This document shows, piece by piece, positions 12,054 through 23,429 of a stretch of DNA of 64,000 nt. The stretch lies in contig OZ176055.1 in NCBI GenBank assembly GCA_964247055.1, forward strand, positions 6,944,001 through 7,008,000, written 5' to 3'. Every line of letters starts with the position of its first letter. The stretch's first letter is position 1. Source of the DNA: Paragordius varius (lineage: Eukaryota; Animalia; Nematomorpha). A program made the position numbers and the translations under genes. The notes beneath the pieces are model-generated. The model was given only the letters and a program-made list of their open reading frames with translations, did no database searches and had not been told where the DNA came from.

Positions 12054-13823
12054 TCTATATATTTATAAAAATGGAAAATGCTGGCTTTGTGATCTGGTAC
12101 AGGAAAACCGGTAGACCCAATCAAATCCAAATATCAAAAAAATATAATCATTAATAAATGTCCCGACAATAGCTTCGCCCTTTTTTTGAAATAGGCCCCC
12201 AGTTCGGGCCCACCCCGTATGAAAAACGGGTTTTTTTTGAAAACAGAAGTAAATCGTGTTTTTGAGACAATTTTCCGGAGAACGTGTTGGACCATTCAAT
12301 TTTAAATATGATTTTTATTTAGTTATTTTCGATTGCGCTGAACATAGCCGAGCCACTTTTTTGATTTAGGCCCTCTTTTTACCCGCTCCCCCCGTAAAAT
12401 GCCACCTTTTTCAAAAAACAAAGTCCACAAAAATAATTTTTTAAATCGATTTTTCGCCCTAGGTATGAGACCGTAAAAATTTAATATGGATTCCACGTAT
12501 TCCCTGTTAAAAGGCAAAAATTTTAGTCCACCGTTTATTTGATGATAGCTGCTTGGTAAGGAGCTACCCGCTAAAAACTGATTTTTCATATAACTTTGTG
12601 ATCTGTTTCCGGAAAACCGGTGAAGCCATTCAAATTTAAACATCGAAAAAATTTAATCATTAATAAATGCCCCGACAATAGCTTCGCCCTTTTTTGGAAT
12701 TAGGTCCCCAGTTTGGGCCCACCCCGTGTGAAAAATGGGTTAAGTCAATTTTTTGGAGAACGTGTTGGACCATTTAATTTCAAATATGATTTTTGTTTAC
12801 TTATTTTTGATCGCGCTGAACATGGTCGAGTCACTTTTTTGATTTAGGCCCTCTTTTTACCCGCTACCCCCGTAAAATGCCATTTTTTTCAAAAAAAACA
12901 AAGTCCACAAAAATATTTTTTTGATTGTATTTTTTTGTCCACGGTATGAGACTCTAAAAATTCGAGAAGGTTTTTTCGTATTGCCTGTTAAAAGAAAAAA
13001 ATTTTAGTCAAGCGTTTCTTTGATGATAACTGCTGAGTAAGGAGTATCTATCATATGTATAGCATGTTAAAAGATATATGGATATTAATACATTATTTAT
13101 CCTCATTTATATATTTATAAAAATGGAAAATGCTGGCTTTGTGATCTGGTACAGGAAAACCGGTAGACCCAATCAAATCCAAATATCGAAAAAATATAAT
13201 CATTAATAAATTTCCCGACAATAGCTTCGCCCTTTTTTTGAAATAGGCCCCCAGTTCGGGCCCACCCCGTATGAAAAACGGGTTTTTTTTGAAAACAGAA
13301 GTAAATCGTGTTTTTGAGACAATTTTCCGGAGAACGTGTTGGACCATTCAATTTTAAATATGATTTTTATTTAGTTATTTTCGATTGCGCTGAACATAGC
13401 CGAGCCACTTTTTTGATTTAGGCCCTCTTTTTACCCGCTCCCCCCGTAAAATGCCACCTTTTTCAAAAAACAAAGTCCACAAAAATAATTTTTTAAATCG
13501 ATTTTTCGCCCTAGGTATGAGACCGTAAAAATTCAATATGGATTCCACGTATTCCCTGTTAAAAGGCAAAAATTTTAGTCAAGCGTTTCTTTAATGATAG
13601 ATGCTGAGTAAGGAGTATCTATCATATGTATAGCATGTTAAAAGATATATGGATATTAAAACATTATTTATCCTCATCTATATATTTATAAAAATGGAAA
13701 ATGCTGGCTTTGTGATCTACAGGAAAAACGTTATACCCATTCAAATCCAAACTTCGAACCCCCCCCCCCCCAGAAGTCCGAAGGACTTCCTCGGGCTGCG
13801 TAGCAGCACGAGATTCACGCTAG
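12054..13823 (+). mobile_element. non-autonomous Helitron inserted in the right foldback arm
   Basis: Absent from the left arm. Inserted between A12053 and T13824 with no TSD; starts TCTATATATTTATAAAAATG, ends CTAG. Hairpins gaagtcc-gaa-ggacttc (13773-13789) and gctgc-gta-gcagc (13795-13807, 12 nt before CTAG). 5' end repeated at 13106 and 13677; internal ~500-bp repeats. Confidence 0.85.
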
Positions 13824-13829
13824 TTACAT

Positions 13830-14500
13830 ATAAAACCGAAAAACATTGATTTTTACCTGTCTTTATTATAGTATGTAAAAATATTTCAAGACTATGTATA
13901 ATTTACAATGCAAAACCTAAAAAAACAAAAATTTTTTTTAAATAATACATAAATTTTCTTAAACTAAAATTTTTACCTGTATTTATTATAATGTCCAAAA
14001 TATATAGTAAATAATTATTAACAATGCAAAACCTAAAAAAACAAAAAAAAACTAAATTTTTACTATATTTGTTTAAAACTGCAATTTTTACCTGTATTTA
14101 TAATAATGTCTAAAATATATTGTAATTAATTACAATTAACAATGCAAAACCTAAAAAACAAACAAAACTTAATTTTTCTTAAATCTATCAAAAACCGCAA
14201 TCTTTACCTGTATTTATAATAATGTCCAAAATATGTACTAATTAATTACAATTAACAATGCAAAACCTAAAAAAACAAAAAAATTTAAAATTTTCACTAA
14301 ATTTATTTAAAACCGCAATTTTTACCTTTATTTATTAAAGTCCAAAATATATAGTAATTGATTACAATTAACAATATAAAAAAAACAAAAAAAATTAAAT
14401 TTGACTAAATTTAAAAACCGAATTTTTACCTGATTAAAATGTCTGAAATACTTAAAAATTATTAATAATTAACAACGCAAAACATAAAAGACAAAAATCT
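13830..14500 (-). repeat. ~115-bp tandem array in right foldback arm (about 5-6 units)
   Basis: Reverse complement of the 9480-10560 units (aatgcaaaacct... near 13907, 14023, 14141, 14258, plus diverged flanking units). Confidence 0.85.
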
Positions 14501-14803
14501 AAAATCTACTAAAATTTTCACAAATATATATTTACCTGTGTTTTTTTAATTAATAATAACAACTAAAAATTATAATACCAATATTGATTAATACAGGTAT
14601 TTAGCATGTTAAAAATATTTATTATTAAATTTAGGAATAATTAACATTAAAAATTTTAAAATACGTATTTTACTATTTATTAATTTATCAAAGATAAAAA
14701 CCGACAAAATTCATCTAAATACGTAACAACAATATTACAAATGTTAACATAAATTGCTATAATATTCTCAAAATTTAACATTATAAAATATCCATCAGAT
14801 TAA

Positions 14804-17800
14804 AGCCCATGTTGCGTTCGACCACTTCACAAACGAAAGATTCTAAATTCTTATTACTTATAACAATTATTATAATTATCATTGTTATCTATTTATTTTT
14901 CAAGTTTATTCTATCTTTTATCAGTTTTTCTCATTCATTCAAAAAATGCACGAAATTACCTTAGTAAAATATTCCAATTCGAAATTCTTAGGATTCGTAT
15001 CTTATTTTATTTCATTTTTCTTACTTGATATATATTTATATATTTTTTTTCTTTAATTATTATTATTATTATTATATTTTTGGTTAAAATTTTTGATTCT
15101 TTTTAGATTATTATTATTATTATTATATTTTTGGTTAAAATTTTTGATTCTTTTTTAGTTGCTTTACATATTAGTTACTATATATCTTAATGTTTATTTT
15201 CATCTATATTATTCTTCTTTATTGTATTTTTGTTTTTTATGAGTGTTTTTTGTAAGGCGTGCAGGCCAGACCCGGCCAGTCGCTGCACGGAGGTAGGGGC
15301 CAATAGGGATAAGGAAGGTTGTAGAATGTGTTTTGTCAGTATAAATGTTGGTTCGTTAAAAAGTAAGTTATATGATTTAGTTGAAACTATGAGGGTAAAA
15401 AAAGTAAATTTTTTGTGCATTCAGGAGACCAGATACCGTGGAAATGGTACTAAGATAAAGGGTAATTATAAAATGTTTTATTCAGGTTCTACGGATGGTT
15501 ACTATGGGGTTGCCATAATAGTGTGCCCAAGATTTGCCAATCAAGAAATTGAGGTTAGACGTGCTGACAGTAGAATCATAAGTGTCGACCTATTGTTAAA
15601 TAAGAGGGTTTTTACTATATTTAGCGTTTATGCCCCCCAGATAGGTTTAACCAAACCGGAGAAAGATAAATTTTATGATTTGTTAGACGCAGAAATGACT
15701 TCATTAACGAAAGACAGAGAAATTATATTTTGTGGTGATTTCAACGGGCACGTGGGACAAAAGAGGAGAGGCTTTGAGCCTTGGCACGGCGGAAAAGGTT
15801 TCGGGGTTATAAATGAAGAAGGGGCTAGTTTATTAAGATTTGCCCAATCTTATAACTTTGCTATAACAAATCTTTTTTTTACGAAAAGGGATGCCACTTA
15901 ATTACCTACGAAAGTGGAAATAAGAAGTCACAAATTGATTATATTCTAGTGCCACGAAAGTCTTTAAAGTTTGTTTTGGACTGCAAAGTGATGCCTAACT
16001 TGCAGATTAGCACACAACACAATTTAATTATGTGTAAATATATGACAGATATACCAATAAATACCAAAAAGCCTAAGCTTATAGGGCCGAAGGTAATTAA
16101 ATGGGATTCTCTAAGAAACAGTAAAGAAAGATTCGTAGAAACGGTAGGCATACTAGACAGGAACAGTGATCCAGAAAGTGTTTGGTTTCAGGTGGAAAAA
16201 AAATAAGAGAGGCGGGAGTTAAGGTGTGCGGAACGAAAGGTGGCAGAAACCAGGTTTATAGAGAAGCATGACTGAAAGACGAAAAAATAATTCTGAAATC
16301 GCGAGAGAAAAATCAAGCTTTTAAAATGTGGAGGTTTACCCACCAAGCAGAAGACAAGGAAAAATATAAAAGGATTAATAAGGAACTTAAAAGGCTTGTA
16401 AGATTGGTCAAAAAAGAAAAGATGGCATCATTATATGAAGAGTTAAACAGTAGGCAAGGTTTAAACAAAGTTTTTAAAATTGCTCGACAAAGACACAGAA
16501 GAAAGCTGGACTTGCCCCCTTACGCGACAGCTATTAAAGATAAAAAAGGCAAATTACTCGTTGAGGAAGCGAAAATATTGAAAAGGTGGAAAGAATATTT
16601 CTAGGACCTTGAATTGGGCGTCAGTGAAACAAGTTTACCCGAAACACCAGATTATAAATCTGCGCATATTGAAAGTATAACAAAAGAAGAAGTCCAGGCT
16701 GGTTTAGAAGAGATGTCAATAAATAAGGCTTCAGATCCAGACGATATTAACATAAACTGTTGGAAAATATTGTCAGAGAAAGGTATTGAATTTTTAGTGG
16801 ATATTTTTAATAATGTAGTTACTACAGGTATGATACCAACCGAATGGAAGGAGAGTTTCACTGTTCCCATTTTCAAGGGTAAAGGAGATATTAATGATTG
16901 TAATAATTACAGAGGGATAAGATTGATGTCGCATACAATGAAGTTATTTGAGAAAGTACTAGAGAAAAGAATAAGAAAAATGGTTAGTATAGAGGGTAAT
17001 CAATTTGGTTTTATTCCAGGAAAATCCACCATTGATCCAATTCACGCAGTAAGAAGGCTAATCGAGAAGCATATAGAAATGAAAAAGGAGTTGCATGGTA
17101 TTTGTATTGATATTGAAAAGGCATTTGACAGAATACCTCGGAGCACAATATGGTGGAGCTTAAGACGGGAAAGGTCCCTGAGAGTTACATAAAGATCTTA
17201 AAAAGCATGTACGAATCACACCAAACCAAAATTAAAACACACCAGGGAATATCAGGTCCTATTAAAATAAACGAAGGGGTCTATCAGGGGTCTGCAATCA
17301 GCCCGTTATTATTAATATGCATGGACGAAATTTCAAAAGAAGTAGGGCAACATGATGGCTGGTATTTTCTTTATGCAGACTACTCAATAGTGCTGTCCGA
17401 CGAGTTGCATGAATTAAAAGAATCGGTGGGTAAATGGATTGATGTGTTACGACGATGCGGATTAAAAGTTAACAAAAAGAAAACGGAACTGATAAATTTT
17501 GGCGGGAAAAAGCGAGAAATAGAATTAGAAGAAGGGTGGGTATTAAAAGGTCAGAAGAATGCAAATATTTAGGAGCGATATTAGCAGCTGATGGTTCTTT
17601 AACACTTGATATTAATTTAAGAATTCGAAATAGTTGGGCAAGTTATAAAAAGATCTCAAGTGTTTTGTGCGACAAAAATATTGACCTAAAAGTAAAGGGT
17701 AAGATTTACAGTGCTGTTGTACAACCAACAATGATGTACAACTCACAGACATGGGCAATAAAGAAATCAGAAGAGAGGCACTTTGAGGTTACTGAAATGA

Positions 17801-18165
17801 GAATGCTTAGATTGATGTGCGGTGTAACGAGGAATGACAAGGTGAAGAATGTCTACATAAGAGGAAGTACGGAAATCAAATCGGTAACGCAAAAGATGAT
17901 GGTAAATCGTTTAAGATGGTTTGGACATGTTGAAAGAAGAGATAAAAATTACATTGGTAAAAAGATTGATGATTATATTGTAAAAGGCAAGAGGGGAAAA
18001 GGGCGCCCTAAAACGCGATGGATAGATACAGTTAAGAGGGACATGGCAAAACTGAACCTAAAACGCAAAGACGCCTTAGACAGGGTTCTATGGCGAAATA
18101 GTTTACGGATATGACCGCTCGAAAGAGTGATATCATATAATGTAATTATTATTATTATAATTATT
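14804..18165 (+). mobile_element. full-length, inactivated RTE-clade LINE (APE + RT)
   Basis: 15-bp TSD attaaagcccatgtt at 14789-14803 and 18166-18180; (TAA/ATT)n tail; the left arm preserves the empty site. ORF pieces encode an AP endonuclease (INVGSL, CIQETR, GDFNGHVG, SQIDYIL), RT (NYRGIRLMSH, DIEKAFD, GVYQGS) and the RTE-type C-terminus GRPKTRWIDTV. Confidence 0.93.
15230..18114 (+). pseudogene. disrupted RTE ORF (endonuclease-reverse transcriptase)
   Basis: Split across six ORF-track fragments by frameshifts (~15895, ~16200, ~17165, ~17550) and stops (~16268, 16602); catalytic YADD reads YADY (17372-17383). Confidence 0.9.
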
Positions 18166-18569
18166 ATTAAAGCCCATGTTAATTCTCACGTCAATCCTCT
18201 TTCATATGTGTACTACGAAATAATTTCGTGGGTCAGTATTTTACGCATTGGATAAACCATTTATGTTATTCGACTGGCAATAAAATTGAACATACATTAA
18301 AATGCATACTGTAGTAACATCGATTTTGTTTAACTAATGATTACAAGCATAATCAGGGGGTATAAAAAAAATGAAAATATTTACCAGATAAAGTTGTGGA
18401 TCTTACGCATTTAGAGCACTTATAATATTTATCGTTGTCTAAATCGCAAAATGTGCCTAAATTCTAAATAAAATTTGGTAGAAGCTAAATGCTTCTTTCC
18501 AAATATATTAAAAAAGCAAATTTTAAATTTTTAACCCTCTTTAACACTGCGTCCTAAATCGGGGAGTTT

Positions 18570-18585
18570 ATAAAATATCCTGATG

Positions 18586-18626
<41 letters not shown>

Positions 18627-20190
18627 CATATATATTTATGATGGAAAATGTTCAAGGATTATCGTGGTGCTTTTGATTTTGGCCCTTAGGAGTAATTTAT
18701 GAAAGTTATTTACACTTTTGTGAAAAGTGCTCAGATGGCATAATTTACCCACATTTTTTAAAGGGTAAATTCTTCATTCCAAAAATAACTAAAATATATG
18801 AGACTCTGTATATAAAAAGTAAAACAATATTTAAAAATATTAGCTTTAGATGGGGGTTCTGAAAATCCCTATTTTTTCAATCTGAAATGGGCGAGTTCTT
18901 CTTTAACTCCATTACCTTTTGTGGTAGTTTTATATTCCAGGAAATTCGAATATCTTCTAGGGTATTTGAGGTAAAGCCGAACTTAAAAATATGTTTTATT
19001 TAGCCTTTTAGATGCATTATACAAAAATTTTGACAAAAATCTAAAATTGTAAAAAAAAACTTATCTCAAACTTTTTTGCCACCATTTTTCTATAAATTTT
19101 TTTAAATTGCTAATTCTAGAAGCAAAAATATGTATATTGTCAGGTTATCAGCAACTTGATATATTTTGATTTAAATATCTTTTCGTGTGTAGCTTACCCA
19201 ATTTTGACTCTAGAATTCAAAAAATTTTAAAAAATATAAGTTTTTTTCTTATGAATGATATAAAGTTTAATTTAATTTTAACTAAAAATAACTTTTAAAA
19301 CTGTAAATTTACAAAATTAAGCTCATAAAACGACCCCAAAATGTAAACTAGACAAAAAATTGAAAAGGTATTGAAGGGTTTTAAATAAACGCAAAAATGT
19401 CGAGATAGCGCGATAAAAATTTTCAACATAAGCTAAAGTTGATATCAGCTAAAAAGGTTTTTAAATGCATACTTTCTTGAAAAATATAATTTTTATAATT
19501 TTGTTGAAGCGTACATCATACTATTTAGAGGCATTATGGAAACGGTATATAAACGCTTTAAGACTTAACGGTATATAAATGATTTGAAACACTAAGAAAT
19601 TGTTATATGATTCGATGATGCTGAACATTTCTATCGCTTCATAATTTTTATGCTTAAAGATTCGTTTGTGCTTTATTTTGGTGAATTTTTGTTAAGAAAC
19701 ACAATTTAAATTTAACATAAATTTGAAGAAGAACGAATATTTTAATGAAAATTCTGAAGTAATTTTAAGCATTATCAATATTAAACATAAGCGTTTAATA
19801 CCGTTTCCATCATGCTTTAAAATTGTATGAAATAGCTTGAATAAAATTTTGCTAAAAATAATTTTTTTTAAATTTTTAAAATATTTTTAGATATCAAAAT
19901 TAAGCAAATATTTAAATTTTCGCGAATATCGACATTTTCGTTTATTTTAAGAGAAGCCAATAACGGCAAAAAAATGTGGAAACACAATCTGAAATTAAAA
20001 ATATATATTGTTGGGTTTATATGTATATGATATATTTTATTATATTTCACCAAATAAACATCGGCGCAAATTTTGTCATTCTGTTAATACAAAAAGAAAA
20101 CAAACTTTCTTAAACTACTTGTAGAGACCAAAGCCGAAAGCACCATGATAATCGCAATACAATTATTCAGAATATATATTACTTATATAC
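18570..20190. mobile_element. old inverted-repeat element of a dispersed family
   Basis: Diverged inverted ends (ggattatcgtggtgcttttg ~18656; aaagcaccatgataatc ~20137) and an inner inverted pair (19530-19560 / 19790-19820). Related sequence at ~210-260, 28950-29410 and 34010-34270. Boundaries approximate. Confidence 0.45.
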
Positions 20191-20284
20191 TTACTTTAAA
20201 AACAAAATTTTTATCAAATTATAAAAAAAAATTTTTTAATGTTTACTAGCTATGCACACTATTAAAATTGTAACATTCATATTT

Positions 20285-20700
20285 TATAGAGTAAAAATAA
20301 GTCATATATCAAAATAAAATTAATAAAATATTGTTTTTTTATTTCATTTTTTGTCATCTGGTTTAAGAGTGTATAATAAATTTAATGTCTTATTTTGGAA
20401 TCTTGCGTGGAGAAACATAGTATATAAATCATAAAAATGATTTTCTAGTAGCGGAAACCAAAATCCGTACAAATCCCAATAAAAATATTAATTTGTCCTA
20501 AAACTTGTTACTGAGATTTGTACATATTTTCGGTTGATATTCAACTATTTTTAAATCCTAATTTCATAAATTATATACTTTATAATTCCCACTCAAAGAT
20601 TCCAAAATAAAGTATATTTTATACACTCATAAACCAGACAAAAAAACAATATTTTTTGGTTTTATTTTAATATATTTTTTTTACTGAATAAAATATGAAT
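20285..20700. repeat. ~400-bp imperfect palindrome (MITE-like)
   Basis: Nested inverted pairs, e.g. ctggtttaagagtgtata...ttttggaatc vs gattccaaaa...tatacactcataaaccag, and aaccaaaatccgtacaaatc vs gatttgtacatattttcggtt. Confidence 0.55.
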
Positions 20701-23429
20701 GTTACGACTTTAACAATGATTTTAGCTAGTAAATAACTATAAAATTATTTTAATATGGTTTCATAAATTTTTTCTTTTAAGTATGTTAAAGGAAAAACAC
20801 GGTCTAATGATCTGAGTTTTAATAAAATTCTTAACGATAGGCTATTTGTCTATTGTAAATATCTGAAAAAATTATAATAAACCTTAAAAACTCTGAAGTT
20901 TTATTATCATTTTTTAGTTATCCGTAATTATCCTAAATTTTCACTTTATGCCCAATTTCGTTTTTCTCTTGATATTTTAAAAACCAGTCGACAACAAAAT
21001 TTTTTGCATTTTTTTTTAAAATATTTTTGCACACAATGTATATATCATCAGATTATTTTTGTGGACATTTTGTAATTGGGTTATTTTAATATATAAAAAT
21101 CCGAGATTATACGATTAATTATACAATACATGTTAAATGAGTGGTACTTAAACCATTGACCTATAGTGCTTTTTAGTGTTACTGAAATATTCAAATATTA
21201 TATTATTTTGATTATAAACATGTGCGAATGTGTCAAATATGAAAATATCGGTATTTTATGGTGCACGGCAGGATAATTTTTTTTGCGACCCTTTTTGGAG
21301 AGTACCACTTGCTAGATTATGAGATCAAAAAAATCAATATATTCTTTAATAATTTCAAACAAAAATTTGATGGAATTTTCACTTAAGGTATTATAAATAC
21401 ATTTTTTATTAATTTGATGCCAAACATTTCTATCATATCGGATGCAAAATGTATTTTTAAAATACGCTTCTTTTTTATCCAAAGTTTGATAATTATTCCA
21501 AGGAGGCAGGAATGTTTAGCGTCAAAGCATTATATCTAAAAATCTTTTTATTAAAGTGTTGAGCGATTACCACAAAGGTAAGATTCTTAAATAGCTCTTA
21601 AGGCCATAAACCAAAAGCACCGATTTTTAATAATATATAGACATTTACAGTTAGGTATCCTTTTTTATCAAAATTTTTTCTTCGTTAAATGTCTATTATT
21701 TGTTAAAGAATGGAAAAGGCAAGAGCTCTATTTTTTTAGAGATGCCATTTTGAAAAAACAAATAAATCACGAAAAAGTATATTTTGATTAGATACAAAAA
21801 TAAAATTATTATTTATTTAGAAAAATATATCCTGCACAATGAATGGTAACTTAAAGAAAACAACATAAGGGTTGAAATATAAGGGTTGAAATATAAGGTT
21901 GTAATCATAGACATGTCAAAATCTTCCACAAATGGACGAGGCGATAATTCTTGATTTCTGAGATTCCCGGTAGGTCTTACCAAAAATAACATTCTAAAAT
22001 CATCAAAAACGGTTGTTTTTTTCGTCTACCGTTGAGTGAATTTGTCATATTTTCATCCCCGTCATTTTCATTAATACATAAAGTTTAAATGAAAAAAAAC
22101 CATCTTTGCCAGGCACAATATTATCTTGCGCGTATAACATATTAATCTAACATTATAAAGGAAAGAAACTACCCGAAATACCAGGACATAACGAAATCGG
22201 ATCCTAATGATTATTTCAATATATTTAGTAACTATAGTAAATATTCCTTTTAAAATGTTTTTCATATCGAATTAACATAAAAATTATGGTAAATTCAGAT
22301 AACTAATTTATTTTTTGTAATTCCCAACCCTTATAACAATAATATTTAGATGAAGAGTTAGATATTATTGTATTTTTTTATTTAAACACAATTATTAGGA
22401 TTTTTGACGCCCTTCCCCCACACGTCTTTTACTTTTTTGATGAATGTGATATCGTTAACACTTCATTAACTTTTCAGTTTTGTGTCGTAGTTTACATGGA
22501 TTAGTGTTGTTTACAGAGCCCAATTTTAATATGTTTCGAAAGTTAGTTGTTAAAATTCAATTATTGAACATTCTGATATTAAATAAATACCTTAAATTTT
22601 TTACAGTTTAGTGACTTTTAGACTCTAAGAGCTCCGAAAAACGATTAAAACAAACAACTCATATTAAAATTTTAATATATCAAGTTTTTCTGTTATGTAA
22701 CCGAAGGCTAAAAGTTAGTTATAGCCATATTCATTTATTTTCCTGTTGCATTAGCGATTTAAAAAGATTTATAAAATAAATTAAAAATTTAAATAAAGAT
22801 CTAACATTTTTAAATAGAGAAATATATAATGCGCCTTGACTAAAGAAAGCATTAAACTCGGCTTAATACGTTATATTTTCTAAGAACAAATTTCAAATTG
22901 ATGGGAAATACTACCACAAAAGAGAATGGAGCGTTACGACCATAAAGATCATGGTTTTTTATTAGTTAGCGAGTATTTTTAACCATTAACAAAAAAATTT
23001 ATTAATAGAAAAGGATACTGATATTTGATAAAAAATAGGTAAAAGGTAGGAATTTAGTTAAAATTTTCTTTTTGAATAAAAGGCTATTAGTATTTTTATT
23101 ATACTCCAACACATTTTTAGAATATAAGATTTCGCTTTTCCGCAAATTCTACTTTTTCGATGAATATGATATTGTTACTACCTTAGTGTGCTATTTTTTT
23201 CTTTCATTCTTTAACAAAAAATTTTACTTACGATTATATAATTTTAAAAAACGTAAATATACAGCTCTGTATATATAAATCATCAAGTTTTTGTTTTGGC
23301 CCCGGATTTTTGCACTGTGTAACATATAAATATTTTCCATTACTGTATAATATGGCATGGATTGTCCTTTCATTGTTTAACTATCATTTCAAAAATGTGC
23401 TGATTAGTAATTTTGTACCGCGTTCAAAC

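Larger units (their letters stand above)
9032..18311. mobile_element. large foldback element with ~2-kb inverted arms and Tc1/mariner-like ends (non-autonomous; ~4.1 kb before nested insertions)
   Basis: TA|CAGTATGCATTTTAATG at 9030 and CATTAAAATGCATACTG|TA at 18313. Left arm 9032-11013 is the near-identical reverse complement of 11649-12053 + 13824-14803 + 18181-18311; unique spacer 11014-11648. No transposase ORF. Confidence 0.8.

Noticed and set aside
12063-13569. Duplicated minus-strand ORFs (78 aa twice, 106/64 aa) as a gene pair
   Set aside because: They fall in the repeated modules of the non-autonomous Helitron; no recognisable Rep/helicase or other domain.
21880-22210. GC-richer patch with a minus-strand gtaag donor
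   Set aside because: No consistent open frame, start or recognisable domain; probably a repeat remnant.
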